The notes below the pieces were generated by a model. That model was not told the DNA's origin. It saw only the letters and a list, made by a program, of their open reading frames with translations, and made no database searches. The translations under genes and the position numbers were made by a program. Of a stretch of 64,000 nt of DNA, positions 37,248 to 50,950 are shown in pieces (the stretch's first letter is position 1; every line of letters starts with the position of its first letter). Source of the DNA: Malacoraja senta (taxonomy: Eukaryota); assembly GCA_038087875.1 (NCBI GenBank), contig JAXLNO010005352.1, positions 124,001 to 188,000 of the forward strand, read 5' to 3'.

Positions 37248-38821
37248 CTTTTTTCATGGCTATCTTGAAACTGGTTGGTTTATGATCATTGGTCTCAAAG
37301 TGCTCTCATTCACTTGCCCAATTTTATTTCTTAAGATGAGGTTGCATGTAATGCCCTCTCTAGTGGAACCAATTGCATGGCACTTCAGAAAACTTTCCTC
37401 AATGTCTTGAACAAAATCTGCTCCTTCTAAACCCCTTAGCACCAAAAAGCAAGACAATTCCAGTCAATATTAGTAAAGTCAAAATCATATACTTTTATAC
37501 CCAAACAAATACCCTGAAGTTAATATTCAAGTTAAACCACAGCAAGTAAAACAAAATCTAAATATTTGAAACTTTTCTTCCTGGTATATTTTTCCAAATG
37601 TGACAAAAGGAGCACCAAAATCCAATTAAATGGAGCGAAAAATAACCTGCATTTTTGCACCTCGTCACATTCTAGATACTTACTTAAAAAAAAACCCAAA
37701 AAACACAAGTTTAGACATTACTTTCTGGTACCAGGATCAGTCTCGGACCCAAAGATAGAGTCAAACTACCAGCTACCAAATACACAGCCAAATCACAATT
37801 AATTAGTGAAATAGAAGACGGCCCACACTCGGAACCAAAACACGAAGAGGAACCATTTCTTCAAGATGGAACATCTGATCAACACAAATGGCATTCCGTT
37901 TTAATTACCAGAGTATGATACTTTTATGAAGCATTTGGGAATAAATTTTGTTTTGAACAACTCGCTATCAGCCTTTGTGCTAAATTTAATTTTAATTAAT
38001 GCACAACACTACAGGTAAGGATAGTGCATCATATGAAATTCCATTCAGCAGGAAAAAGAATGACGAGCGCGAGGAACAATCACCTGGGTTAATAATCCTT
38101 CCATGTGGATTTAAATGATACTAATGTTTGGATGGTCTTCAATTATTTATGAGTGAGACTAATCAAAAGTTGAAAGATGAGATTCAGCAAGATATGTATT
38201 TTGTATAGAAGTCTGCAGGTTATCAAATAATAGACCACTGATTGATCCTGCACGGCATCCGACATGATGCCCTCTTAATATTACCCAGTGATTTTTTAAT
38301 CTCCCAAGAGAATATGGTTCCATCACTTCAGAACTGGTGTCATCTAAAATGTCATTAAAATTCTGATCACAACGAGAACTATACTTCACACACAATGATT
38401 TGATATTTGCTGCCAGCATTTTTTCTTCGGTGTTTTAAGGCTACAAGTGCATTACAATCCCAGAGCAAAGGTGAGATTCACTGAAGCAGCATGAGGAACA
38501 CTGCAGTCACAAAGCAGCAGGGGTGGGTGGGAGATATAAGAACTCAGTTGGCTGGAGGTGTACTGAGCCAGCCCAGGAATTTGGACAAGGAATTGTCCAA
38601 TTGCACAAGGAAAGAGGTCAATCATCTGGGCTCTGGCCTCCAATGGCAGGAGTTCCTGAATGAAACGAGCCAATCATCCTCAGTTAATTTATCATCAACT
38701 CTTCCTCCATCTGATCAGAAGCGAATTGATTTATGTAATGTTCCATTCATAACTCCTCCGATTATGGTATGGTACATGGCTGCATTTTATTAAGATCAAC
38801 AGACAACATTATTCAATTTAG

Positions 38822-39215
38822 GTCTGGAATTTAGAAGGATGAGAGGGTATCTTATTGAAACATATAAGATTAAGGGATTGGACACGCTAGAGGCAGGAAA
38901 CGTGTTCCTGATCTTGGGGGAGTCCAGAACCAGCGGCCACCGTTTAAGAATAAGAGGTAGGCCATTTAGAATGGAGATGACGAAAAACTTTTTCACCCAG
39001 AGAGTTGTGAATCTGTGGAATTCTCTGCCTCAGAAGGCAGTGGAGGCCAATTCTCTGGATGCTTTCAAGAGAGAGTTAGATAGAGCTCTTAAAGATAGCG
39101 GATTCAGGGGATATGGGGAGAAGGCAGGAACGGGGTACTGAATGTGGATGATCAGCCATGATCGCAGTGCTGGCTCGAAGGGTCGAATGGCCTACTCCTG
39201 CACCTATTGTCTATT
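38822..39215 (+). mobile_element. Young CR1-type LINE 3' end
   Basis: ORF MRGYLIETYK...FFTQRVVNLWNSLPQKAVEA...; (TCTATTG) tail. Confidence 0.9.
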
Positions 39216-40765
39216 GGAGTCACCAGTGGAAAACAACATGCAGGGCAGAGATGAGGTTGACATTTTCCAAAACAAGAAAATTTAAGCACATCTACTTGAT
39301 ATTCAATGATAATACTGTCACCAAGCCTCCCACCAAAACCTTCTAGGATTTAACAAAACCTAAAATATTAAAAATGGACCAGGAACTTAAAAATCAAACT
39401 CCACAAGTCAGGAATGAGACATTCTCCAGTAAATGACTCGCTCCCAAACTCTCCAAATTAATTGAATATGCTTCTCTTATGTGAAAGACTCCAACTCTGT
39501 CTGCACATAACAGCACAGTAGCTCATCCAGGCTTCATGACAGTATTTCAAAACATCACCTTACCACCTAGAAGATCGGGGCAATCCGTGCATTGGAGTAC
39601 CAGCACCACTTGATCTGGAAACATGTCTCAATTCCTTCAGTGTTGCTGGGTGTGAATTCTGGACATTCCCATGCCACTATGCTTGGGTGTGTTTTCACCA
39701 AAAAGAATGTAGTTCTTCAAACAGCTCATCATCACCTTCCCAGTGCAATGAATAATGGACCCTAAATGTAGCCTTGCAAAGGTGTCCAAATGCTGTAATA
39801 AACTTGTTTAAATAAAAAGAACATTCAACTGAGCACATCATGCTCTCAGCTCATATCAACCCTGATCATGGGGAAAGTCTCTATTTAGACAGGAGTTAAG
39901 GCCAAGAATGGAGATTAGATGAGCATTTAGACCACAATTATAGCATCAAAGTAAAAAACACATCAACTCTACAGTGGTTAATCAAGGGCATATTTAAACC
40001 ACACATAAGATCATCTAATGAACATAGTCTCAGGACCAAATAACTCTCCACATCTAGTAACATTCATCATACTCTCAACCTTGAATCAGTGTCAACTAAA
40101 CTAAGGTGGCTTCAGATGGAATCTATTGCCAGCTATGGTGAGCCTTAAAGTCACTTTTGTTTATTCCCAGATTTAACTGCATGTAGTCTAAAGCTACTGC
40201 CGGAGTTTGGGAGGTCTGATGAGATGATTAAAGCATATTTGTATTTTCCACTTCTTTACTTAAAAAAGGCCAACAAAAATGCTACTTTGATTGCAAGATA
40301 AACATAAAGATATGACTTCTTGGTGAAAGCTCTGGTTCCAGTTCGTGGGTGCTCTATAATTGGACAGGCACCATATCTTCTGTATTGATGACATTTGGCC
40401 TGTTTTCTGCCAGTCAAGCGTTGAATCACTTTTCTGCCATTTTGGATTTTCTGAATGTCATCCGTCATCTAATTGTCAGTGATCTTTGAAGCTCTACATT
40501 TCTCTCAGCACCCTGAAATTGTACCTGCGGAGAGAATATAGAGGCCTGTCCAAAACCCTCCCCCGTCCATCCCTCTATGTGTAAAGCACAGGATAGAGAC
40601 CTTTAATCAACTTCAAAGAAAATTCCTTGTTGCTGCACAACAACAGCTTCTCACCAAGCAGGTATCAAATCAGTGCAGGCCCCGGGGGTAGGAGAGGGAT
40701 GTCATTACAGAACAACTTCACAGATACAAGTCAGGATGAAGATTCACACTAATGAAAGATAGAAG

Positions 40766-40905
40766 TCAAGAGTCAAGAGTGTTTTATTGAGAAATGCCCC
40801 AGATAGAGCAAGGAAATTCTTACTTGCAAGAGCACAGAATATGTAAACATGTCTATGTAGTTCGGAGTTTATTTGAAGTGATTCAAACATTCAGCAAATA
40901 TCAGC
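40766..40905 (-). mobile_element. Probable LINE 3' end with (TTGACTC)n-like tail
   Basis: gtcaagagtcaagagtgttttattg, i.e. reverse aataaa plus a short tandem tail. Confidence 0.45.
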
Positions 40906-42181
40906 AAGTGTGGCCCAAAGACCATAGAAAGTTCATCAATTATGATAGTGACTACAGTTGTTTGTTTGCTTTATTATCAAGTACTCATTTTAATATTTAT
41001 GAGCTATATTTAGAGTACTAAGATTTCCCATCTAAAAATAGGCATTTCTGTACCATGGCTAACCCCTAACTCAACTACTTTCCTCATTTGGTTTCTTCAA
41101 AATCTATTGCCAACTTTGTGTTTTGCACCACAGAATGAAATCACTGAGAGATGGAAAACTATTTTCAGACTAGGTTTATCAGAATTTATAAATACATACT
41201 TTGGATTTCTTTTAACCCCAAAGCTGTTTGCAATGTGGTCAAAATTAGCATGGTTTGCAGAAATATTTTACAGAAACCTTTCAGAGATAATTGTTTAGCA
41301 AATTCCAACTGCAATGAGAAAGAATTTAACCATCTGCCCCTTCCGCTGTTCCTGCCCTATCACCTCTGCCCTCAACAAATCCTTGCTGAAGCAATGCTTA
41401 GTAAACCAGTCAGAGCTTTTTCACAGACCTTATTACACAGGTCTTCCTTGCTTCCAAATATCTGCCAACCAATCACAAATAGGGCCACAGCTCCACTGGG
41501 ATTCTTAAGGCACACTGTCCATATCACAGGTTTTCCTTCCTTTCCTTCGCAGAAAAACATTAGAAGCTCTCGTGCCAAAATGATCCAATTGATTACGTAA
41601 GCCTAAACATTTTGCTGAACAATATTCTTCGATGTTCATTCTTTGAAAACGGCAAAGAGCATCGCTTAAGACTTTTAACAGAGAAAACAGTAGTTAATTT
41701 TTCCCATTGAAACTCTACTGCTAATTTGCTCAATTGTTCTGTAACCCGAGAAGCTGAAATACTGAGCAAAGCAACAGAGTAAACAAGAGGTCATTTACCA
41801 GGTCAGCACAGAACAAAGGTTTCCTCAGAGATGTCATATGCAATCTCATTATTCTTCTTTCAATAGTGGAAGGTCATCCTGCCCATTTCTTGAAAGTTCT
41901 TGCTTCAGTAGCTCTCAAAAGGTATAGCCTAAAGAAAAATACTGTGTCCTGAACCCAAAAAGGCCAAGTAACACACAATCACAAGAACCACTATCTCATC
42001 TTCACTGGCAAATCAGAAGGGGACCAAGCCCTTTTTAATTTCCCCACAGTACAGAAATAATTAAATAACCCAGCAAGAGCCGTGGCTGTACATGGAAGAT
42101 AGTTCCTCGTGCCAGAGAAAGAGAGTTTTACATGCAATATTCCTCACATCACAAACTGCAGAAACTGATGTTTCTACAGTT

Positions 42182-42278
42182 TGAAAAAAAATAAAGTGCT
42201 GGAGCAACTTAGTGAGTCAGGCAGAATCTCTGGAGAACATGGATAGATGACATTTCAGGTCAGGGCCCTTCTTCAGAC
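42182..42278 (-). mobile_element. Solo Penelope-derived unit with TSD
   Basis: Ends ...gggcccttcttcagac; 10-bp TSD ttctacagtt at 42172-42181 and 42279-42288. Confidence 0.85.
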
Positions 42279-42976
42279 TTCTACAGTTGTATTCCTTCAC
42301 TATTATCTATCAAACAAACATTCATATCTTGGCACATAGGAGGCCAATAAAACTAGCAACTAATCAAGAATTCCTTTGACTCGTTCCTTCCCTGTGAAAG
42401 CAGGAAGTGGCCAGGGTGACACCCAATAAGCCACGTTAAGTTGCATCAAAGCAGTTCTACTTGTGTGGCTGATGTGCACTCATTCAAGAAAATGCACTGC
42501 TTTCATTCAGTCTGGCCTGCTCTTCAGTGCCTGTATGTAATTGCTGGAGCAATTCATACAGCACATGAGTTTCAAGTGATTATAAATATAATTCAAAATG
42601 AATAAGAATTCCCACAACACCATGAAGAAACCAAATTGGTGAGATTGTTTTGGATGGCGAAGTTTTGAGTATATGAAATGAACTTTCATCCAAACGATAA
42701 AATGAAGAAAGTTTGCACCAGAAATTATTTTGTAAAGTACAACTGTTTTGGGGGCTCCAGAACAGAAAGCAATTAAGATCAAAAGCACGTCAATTTTTAC
42801 CTCTTTCAGAAGATGCACATGCTTTCATTGTTCGGTCTGTTCAACAGGGCATGTTTGTAATTGCCTCTCCTTCCCTCGAGATACAGGGAAAGACCCTATT
42901 TTTGAGCTCAATAGGTCCAATTACATGCCCCATTCCCGTTGGATACATTTTGCTGAAACAGTCAGATCCTGCTCAT

Positions 42977-43063
42977 AGATACAAAAACTGGAGTAACTCA
43001 GCGGGTCAGGCAGCATCTCTGGGGAAAAAGGATGGGTGACGTTTTGGGCCTGGACCCTTCTTC
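42977..43063 (-). mobile_element. Solo Penelope-derived unit (core mutated)
   Basis: agatacaaaaactggagtaactcagcgggtcaggcagcatctct...ggacccttcttc. Confidence 0.8.
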
Positions 43064-44137
43064 GGTCATTGGGTTGTAAATAGGTGAACACATATTTACC
43101 TCAGGGACGGAGGTGCTGAATGGACATTTGCTAAGGACACACGAGAAACATGACTGGTATGCAATGTAATTTTTCCAGTGTCGATTTCACATTGGACTCC
43201 GTCTCAGTGTGACATGGAAAGCAAGGGAAATGGGGCTGTTATTTAGGGCTTGGAGTGCATTGTTTCAGGTTTGCCTCCATGCTTAGGCCAAGCTCTGAGA
43301 TCTGTCGAAGGGGAATATGAGCGTTCCCTGGTCTTGAGATGCATTTTCTGGCTATTTATACCAAGTTTGTCTTGGTGCATGTGATAGTGCGATCCAAAGG
43401 CAGGTGGGACCTCCCCCACATTGTCCCGGCATGCCCGTGCTTTGTCTATTGTCTATTTCAAGTTCACAACAGTGCCACAGTCGAGTGTCAAGGAACCTCT
43501 TCTAGACCATGGATGGCAATTCTGACTCAGTCATTTACAAAATATCTAGCCCAGATACTATGTTGGGTCAGGCAAGGGGAAAAGATAAGACCTCAATTTT
43601 GGGTTGGGTTCAATTTAGCCAAGGTCTGGCCAGAGATTGTTGAGGTGGGTGGTGGCTACTGGAGGCAGCTGGAGTCCCAACTGTCACTTAGGACATCTGG
43701 TAACGTCCGAGACAAAGCAGGCCCTCCACTCTAGACCATACAAGTATAAACACAGGGAGAATGCAGACGGAGATTTCTAGGATGGGGTCTGGGCTATAAG
43801 ATTCAGACCATCAACTTGCCCATCCTTCCAACCAACCCCTCATTGAGAGCCTCTTTCTGCGGCAACCTAACTCCCAAATCACCTGTCCACAGCACAACTG
43901 CCCCCTCTCTGTGGCTAACAGTCACGGCCCAGACACTCCCAACAAATGCAATTCCCTTCCGCCCCCACCCCATGGTCCTACAGCTAACCTTGCTCCTCAA
44001 CAAGCAGGTTGACCAAAGCCCTTCAAGAACATACAATGAGCAAAGTCAATTCTATTGCACACCAGGGAGAGGTTCAATGACTCGCACCAACCTCTGCAGA
44101 TGCACCAAAGAGAGCATCCCATCAGGATACACCACTG

Positions 44138-44765
44138 ATGGATACAAAAAGCTGGAGGAACTCTGCGGGACAGGCAGCATCTCTGACGAGAGGGACTGGG
44201 TGACATTTCGGGTTGACATCCTTCTTCAGTCTGAAGAAGTGTATAGTGAGTTTATTATCTGTAAGTGCGGGACTCCCCTTGATGAGAAAGTTCAAACTGA
44301 AGATGAAGTAAACTTTGTAGGAAGGAACTGCAGATGCTGGTTTAAATCGAAGGTAGACACAAAATGCTGGAGTAAAGGGCCTGTTCCATTTTCACAACCT
44401 AATTCACGACCTCTGCCGAGTTTGTCCTTGACTCATACTCGCAGCATGGTCGTAGGTAGGTCGTGATGCTAGTGGTACTCGTGGCATCAAGTAGGTCGGG
44501 GCGTTTTTCTAGTCTGATGAAAAATGTCCACGAGTAAAAAAGGTCGTGAATTAGGTCGTGAAAGTGGGACAGCCCCTTAATTCAGCGGGACAGGCAGCGT
44601 CTCTGGAGAGAAGGAATGGGTGATGTTTTGGGTCGAGACCTTTCTTCAGACTTGGGGCCTTGACCCAAAACATCACCCATTCCTTCTCTCCAGAGATGCT
44701 GCCAGTCCAGCTTTTTGTGTCTATATTTGATTTAAACCAGCATCTGTAGTTCCTTCCTACACAGT
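44138..44765. mobile_element. Composite Penelope-derived insertion (two minus arms, one plus arm)
   Basis: 11-bp TSD atacaccactg at 44127-44137 and 44766-44776. Confidence 0.8.
44376..44577. mobile_element. PIF/Harbinger-like MITE (202 bp)
   Basis: TIRs agggcctgttccattttcacaacctaattcacgacct / aggtcgtgaattaggtcgtgaaagtgggacagcccct; TAA TSD. Confidence 0.88.
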
Positions 44766-45084
44766 ATACACCACTGCTTGGTTTGGCAACAACTCTGCCC
44801 AAGACAATGTAAAAGTACAGAGAATTGTGGACACAGCATAGTCGATCACCAAACCCTCCTAAATCTCTTCAATCTACACTTCACGCTGCCGCAGGAAAGC
44901 AGCCAAAATAATCAAGGGCAATTTTCACCCAGTTATTCCCTCATCTCCCTTCTCCCATCAGGCAGAAGATACAAAAGTTTAAAAGGACATAACACCAGAT
45001 TCAGGAACACCTTCTTCCTGCTGTTATCAGACCACTGACCAATCCTCCAAAAAGAGACCAGGGATGCCAGAGTCTAGAGCAAAA

Positions 45085-45420
45085 AAACAAAACCAGAATA
45101 CTGGAATAACTCAGCAGATCAAGCAGCATCTGTGGAGGCAAAAGATGCAAGTCAGCATCCCGGGTTGAGATCCTGTTTCAGGACTGAAAGTGAAGAGGAA
45201 AGGTTACCAGTATATAGCAGTACAAGGGTGGGGGGAGAATAGAGGCTGGTGGAACCAGAAGGGGGAGAGGATAATAGATGGAGCCAGATTAAAGGCAGAG
45301 GAGGGGGTGGTGAGAGGATGGGAAAAAGTAAAGAAAGGGAGAAGAACACCACAGTGACAGGACAGCATTTGAGAGAGGACAACACCAGGGATGTGGTTTA
45401 CGTGAAATTGGAAAATGTGC
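45085..45420 (-). mobile_element. Old Penelope-like 3' fragment
   Basis: ctggaataactcagcagatcaagcagcatctgtgg followed by a purine-rich tract like that at 22210-22500. Confidence 0.55.
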
Positions 45421-46605
45421 ATAATACAGTTTTTGATTCAGAACCAAAAATATAAAAGAGTGAGGGAAACATTGACCAATTCCTGGTTGAATGTGATGAA
45501 TACACCATTGTTCAAACAAGAAGGGCCTGTTGCTTGACCAATGGAAAGTAGGTGGGCTGTCGATCTCCATATTTATACATCTCAAAAGTTCAGGGAAATT
45601 GGCTAATGAGTTTAGGAAGGAGGGAGCAGGGTTGATAAGAGTGGTGAATCAGCATATTTCCTGTCCCTGATCACTTCCAGTGACATCTGCTGGATAAGAC
45701 TCAGCTGTAATGCTTTCAGGGTAGAGGCAGTTTACTGACAGGGTCTCAGTTCCCAAGGACCGGCCAGCTCATTCATCCGATGGACAGCTACAACACTTGT
45801 GCAAGCACATGAGCACAAGCCATCACCATCAATTCATGCATGAGAAATAAAGCGTGGCAATATTTTACCAAAAATCTCAGCCATATTAAACAAAATGTCC
45901 CCACCAGTTCTGCTTTGATGATAGAGCAGCAATTTATCCTATCTCAGGTGCAGCAGAATTAGGGTAACAACAGCTTTCAGCACTTGCTTGCAGTTGGGGT
46001 GATTCCAACTGCTGCTGTTGTTCAACAAACCTTGTCAGAAATCGATGACATTAAGCAAGGCAACATCTGCCTTAGTCATTATACCGTCTGGATTCAAATA
46101 GTCTGTTGACACTGGCCAGAGCAGACTTGGCACCCATGAAATTGCACATCAGCATGGAGTTGGAGCCTTTAGAAACAAGAGGAAGGGGAAAGGACCATTT
46201 AATTTGCAATTAATGTAGATATACTGCATTTCTGAATGGGAGAGGAAGGGGTACAATAAACACAATAATACAAATACTATACTACATGTTTGTTTAAAAA
46301 AATACATTGTCAATCCAAAGCCAAAAGTACACCATGTTTAACATCGTTATGCAGAACCGAAGCTCCCCAAGTCAGATTTTTAAGCCTCACTGAATCGTGC
46401 AAATGGTATAGGAAGTGTTATTCAATTAGTCCCATTTCCCCAGCTCTTGCCCATACTTCTACAATTCGGTCTTTCAGATAGTCACCTTTTCAAAGTTCTT
46501 TGAAGAAATTCTTCCACAAATGAGATCAATCAATACCAAGACAAATGAGAAACAGAATCTGAAATGTTTCAAACCCAGATAGTTATAAACTTGTTTGCAA
46601 ATAAT

Positions 46606-46606
<1 letters not shown>

Positions 46607-46661
<55 letters not shown>
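46607..46661. repeat. (GT)27 microsatellite
   Basis: Perfect GT run. Confidence 0.95.
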
Positions 46662-46663
<2 letters not shown>

Positions 46664-47029
46664 CCGTGTTAAGGACATTCTAATATCTGCATCCACTACA
46701 AAATAGATTTAACTTCAATACAGTATTATGGCAGCAAAGTCAAAACACCAATAATCTGCTAACCCACCATTCAGAAATCTCAATGCATTGGCACCAAGAT
46801 CATTGGTAGGATCTGCCACACTTTTTTCCAACTCACTGTGTTCTCTTTAACCTTACAGGTTAGACTGGAGAATTCCTATCATAATGTGCAGCATCTAAGA
46901 AAGCATGTTGGTGGATTAATTGGGGGGTGGGGGGGAGGGGGGGGGTGGGAGTGGGGTGGACGTTAGAGGAATAACATCCAGTAGTTCAGAAAACATGCCA
47001 GTCTGCCACCAAAGTATTGGGGGCACCAG

Positions 47030-47310
47030 ATGATCAAAGTTTTACTGTACCACCGTGTTAGAAACGCTGCCCCTTCAGATGAGACTTGAAACAGAGGTTG
47101 GAGCAGATCCTGTGCTATTACTTTGAAGAAGGGGAATTATTCCCTGGTGTTTCTCAATCAACATCACAAAGACAGCAGAGCTGGTAATTACCGCACAGCT
47201 TTTTGTGGGAGCTTGCCCAGCGAAATTGGCTGATATGTTTCCTACAATGCGACAGTGATTATATTTCAAAAGTACTTCACTGGCTGTAGAGTGTTTAACA
47301 CATCCTGAAT
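47030..47310 (+). mobile_element. DeuSINE-like (SacSINE1/AmnSINE1-type) fragment
   Basis: cttcagatgagac...tttgtgggagcttgc...aaattggctg...gtttcctaca...ttcaaaagtacttcactggctgta matches the Deu domain and tail as recalled. Confidence 0.7.
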
Positions 47311-47466
47311 AGACACAAAATTGAACTAATAACAGCTAGTCACTCTTTTTCAGCAGCCTTGAAAGTATGGCGATTTGTACCTTCAGGCAAATTGGTTATG
47401 ATTTAACAAGCATTTAGATAGCACCAAAATCAACTGTGTCAGCTGGACAATCTTGTTCTCCATTCT

Positions 47467-47706
47467 AAATACACAAAATGCTGGAGTTACTCAGCGGGTC
47501 AGACAGCATCTCTGGAGAAAAGGAATAGGTGATGTTTCAGGTCGAGACCCTTCCTCAGAATGGAGCAGTTCAGTCTGAAGAAGGGTCTTGACGTGAAAGG
47601 TCATCTATTCCTTTTCTCCGTAGATGCTGCCTGACCTGCTGAGTTTCTCCAGCATTTTGCGTCCATCTTCAGAGTCAACGGGCATCTGGAGTTCCTTCCC
47701 ACACAC
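47467..47706. mobile_element. Palindromic Penelope-derived unit with two hammerhead-like cores
   Basis: Inverted arms; TSD tgttctccat(t/c)ct at 47454-47466 and 47707-47719. Confidence 0.88.
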
Positions 47707-48689
47707 TGTTCTCCATCCTGCCAGCTAGTATTCATCCCATCCCCACTCCTCAACTTAAAATGTTCTCATTTTTCCAGTTGGAATGAAAATTAATTGTTTC
47801 CCTCTATTCAGATGCTGCCAGACTTGCTAAATATCCCAGTATCTTGCCTAATCAACTGACCTTCCACTGCACTCCATGATCAAATATTTCCCATCTCACT
47901 TCCGACTTGACAGGCAAGAATATTTCTTCTTGATTCAACAAGTTGATTCGCATAACCACAATGGATTAAGATAGATAGTCTCGGATGCAATGATTGTTGA
48001 AATAAAAAATATACCATCCGAATAAACCTTGAAAGTAGTGTGGAAATGGAAGTTTGCATCACTCTTATACAATATGCAGGAATCAACATTCAATCTTCTA
48101 TCAAAAATGTTTGGGAACATGCCACAATATAGGCATGAAAAGACAAAAATTGCAGAGCCAATGGAATTTCATTTAGAATGTAAAAACTGTACGTAAACTA
48201 ATTAAAAACAATTTTTCATTCATATCCAGGAAGTTACACCTCAACAAATTTAAACAATTCATAAATGCAACACAGCTCACTTCTGTATCAGTACACAATG
48301 CTAGTTGACGATAGCAAACAGGCCCAATCTTGTGGGGGGTTTTTAAACTCTAAACTCACTTTCATGACACATTGTTACTCAACCAACTTGCTGGGAACAT
48401 AGTGGATTGAAGAGAAATTAATATCTCATCTATCCCTGCTGCTGGCTAATGTAGTGGTCAAGCAAGGAACCTGGAGAAGGAAAAGCTAATCTGTGTTTTC
48501 TCTAGTCCAACATTGTGCAACAACAGCTGTGGGAATTGCATTGATACAGAGAAGATTTGGATGTTATGTCCTTCACCTATTAAAACTAATAAAGAACCAG
48601 ATCCCAACAAGACGAGGAAGGAAAGGTATGGCCACAGAAATCGGTGCAAGATTTTGCCAAAATACATTGTATTTTGCTATATGTATATA

Positions 48690-48793
48690 TGTATGTAGTT
48701 TGTTTATACTATTCTTATAACAAATGTAAAGCACTTTGGTCAACGAGAGTTGTTTTTTAAATGTGCTATATAAATAAATGTGACTTGACTTGA
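48690..48793 (+). mobile_element. L2-like LINE/SINE 3' tail
   Basis: tgtaaagcactttgg...aaatgtgctatataaataaa plus (gactt)n. Confidence 0.6.
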
Positions 48794-50729
48794 TTGTAAA
48801 AAGTCCTCCCACTGTCACGCTGTAACCAGAAATGTTTACGTAATTGTGTAAATGAGCTCCAGCAATTATTGAAAAACACTTTAAAAGTAAGCCAAAAAAA
48901 AAGATTTTTTTTAGGATAAGAACATATTATAGATCATATTTCATCCAGAGTTGCCCGTCATGTTCACTCAGAGAAAGGCAGGTTAACTGGTTGGATCTGC
49001 CTTTTAATGCTCATTAGGTCCACTAGATGGAAAACCCAGCTTCTCTTTCTTCAGCAGCTCATACGTTTTGCTTGAGTGAAACCTACATCAGAGAGAAAGA
49101 AAGTATCTGCTGCCACAGTATTTCATAGCTGACAAATGACACTGCTGATGGATTGGTCCTTAAATCCAAAACCAGTGCTCTCAGCAGTAATATGTCAGGC
49201 CCCCTGGAAAATGGAAACCAAGTGGATAAGCAAGTGGCAGGAAATGGAATCCTCAAAATAAGCAATTTAGTTTGACAGTGAATACTTGCATTTAAAAAAG
49301 TTTCATAAATTGCTCATGCTCAAAGGCAATCTACTGAGAAAGACCCAATAAGTGTTCTTCAATCGAAAGTTTCTCTTTAAATAAAAAGTACTTAAATGAG
49401 AAATTAATCATTGACAACTGTCCATTTCTAACCGGTGAATAAGTAGCACATAGTGCCATTGACGTTTATTCAGGCTTAACAAAAAGGAGGAAAAAAAGGC
49501 CACTTGCTTATCTACCATCTGTGAAAATCAATATACATCAGCATCAGTTTGGACACTGGGCAAAACATCAGCTTCATCAATGCTACAAGAAACCACATTT
49601 GTGATCATTTAACACAAGTTTCTAAAGTAAAACTAAAATGAAAATGAAATGGCCAATTGATAGCACATAGATGGTTGTTAACTCGCATCCACAGACGTAA
49701 AGAGAAAAATTTGGTTTTAGCTATAAATCATTTTTTCACCAAAAGGGCAGAAAGACTGGAAGATTTATCTACAGTATTTCTAAGGATTAAGCCATCTTTA
49801 AATTACATGTTTAGCCCAATTGGATTATATTGATGGAACTAGCTTTTGTATTTTTACTTAGAACTCTGAAAAGTATTCGAGAGGTTTTTTTTGTTTATTC
49901 TGCAATTATGTGACTTGATGAGTAAGAATTCCAAGCCAATAAAGTCAAACTCTTGATTACTTAGCAAATTTTTAAGCACCATTTCACTGACTGCATTCTG
50001 CATTTCTGTAGGATATGCAAACACTGACCATGATAATGTTCTTACACCACCAAAGACGGCAAATAAAGCTAGTTATGGTTCTTTGTGCGAAGGTGGCCCT
50101 CCAGTGATTTGCCAGTGTAGTCGTTCTTTACATGAAGCGAGTGTCTGTGAGCAATTTGGTAATGAGACCCATTGCACTCTGCCCTCAGTGACATCTGCTA
50201 AATTCGCAATATAAAAGGCATAAATGTGCAGCAGGCAGTTTCCGAAAATCTATTCCACTTAAGCCAACGGAACTGCATTTCTGAAGCAAATTTCCACAAA
50301 CATGCCCTCCACATTGCATAGCTGAGGATGATGAACTTCTTCCCCGAGTTTCTAACAATTCATGTTCTCTAATGTATAGATTATCGAATAGGAACAGATA
50401 ATCAGTGGATTTTGCTGACTCGCACTCCAGCCCCAGCCACTTGGGGAACATTCAGACCATTTGTAATTGCTCAGATACCTCAGTTGAGATCAACAAAGCA
50501 TCGAAAACCCAGAGTTTAATCCAGTATCACTTTGTACTGCACTCAACTGTATCAAATATTTGTAGTTAATAATAATTTTATTGAAGATTTGTTAAAAGTT
50601 TACAAATCAAGGATTCCGAAAAATGCAAGGGGTATCTTCTCCATATTTAACAACTTAGATTTAAGTATAATTTTTAATTAATAAAAGTACCCCAAGATAC
50701 AAAGCCTCATTAGACAAGAATAACTTAGA

Positions 50730-50950
50730 AGACAGGAGACTGTAGATGCTATAAGCAAAACAAAAAGTGCTGGAAGAACTCAGTGGGTCAGATAGCATCT
50801 GTGGAAGGAAAAGGACAAAACAGGCCGGGCGGGGCCGAGACCTTTATTCTGAAACCAAAAGAAGGGCCCTGACCTGCAAAGTTGTTCATCCTTTTCCCTT
50901 ATCAGATGCTGCCTGCCTGCTGAGTTCCCACAGCACTTTGTGTTTTTTTT
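50730..50950. mobile_element. Degenerate palindromic Penelope-derived unit
   Basis: aaagtgctggaagaactcag ... ctgagttcccacagcacttt inverted arms. Confidence 0.7.

Larger units (their letters stand above)
35865..37480 (-). mobile_element. Decayed CR1 ORF2 fragments with nested insertions
   Basis: GEVPGDWRVANVVP...NHRLVS, YMEFSEAFDKVLH, SGVLQGLLLSP and TREG..CNLIL in the ORF track. Confidence 0.8.
44010..45045 (+). mobile_element. Decayed LINE 3' region (Rex1/L2-like) split by nested insertions
   Basis: Remnants RCTKESI.SG and LLPSGRRYKSLKGHNTRFRNTFF. Confidence 0.6.

Noticed and set aside
43816-44466. 216-aa ORF
   Set aside because: Reads through unrelated LINE, Penelope and MITE pieces; a chance chimera.
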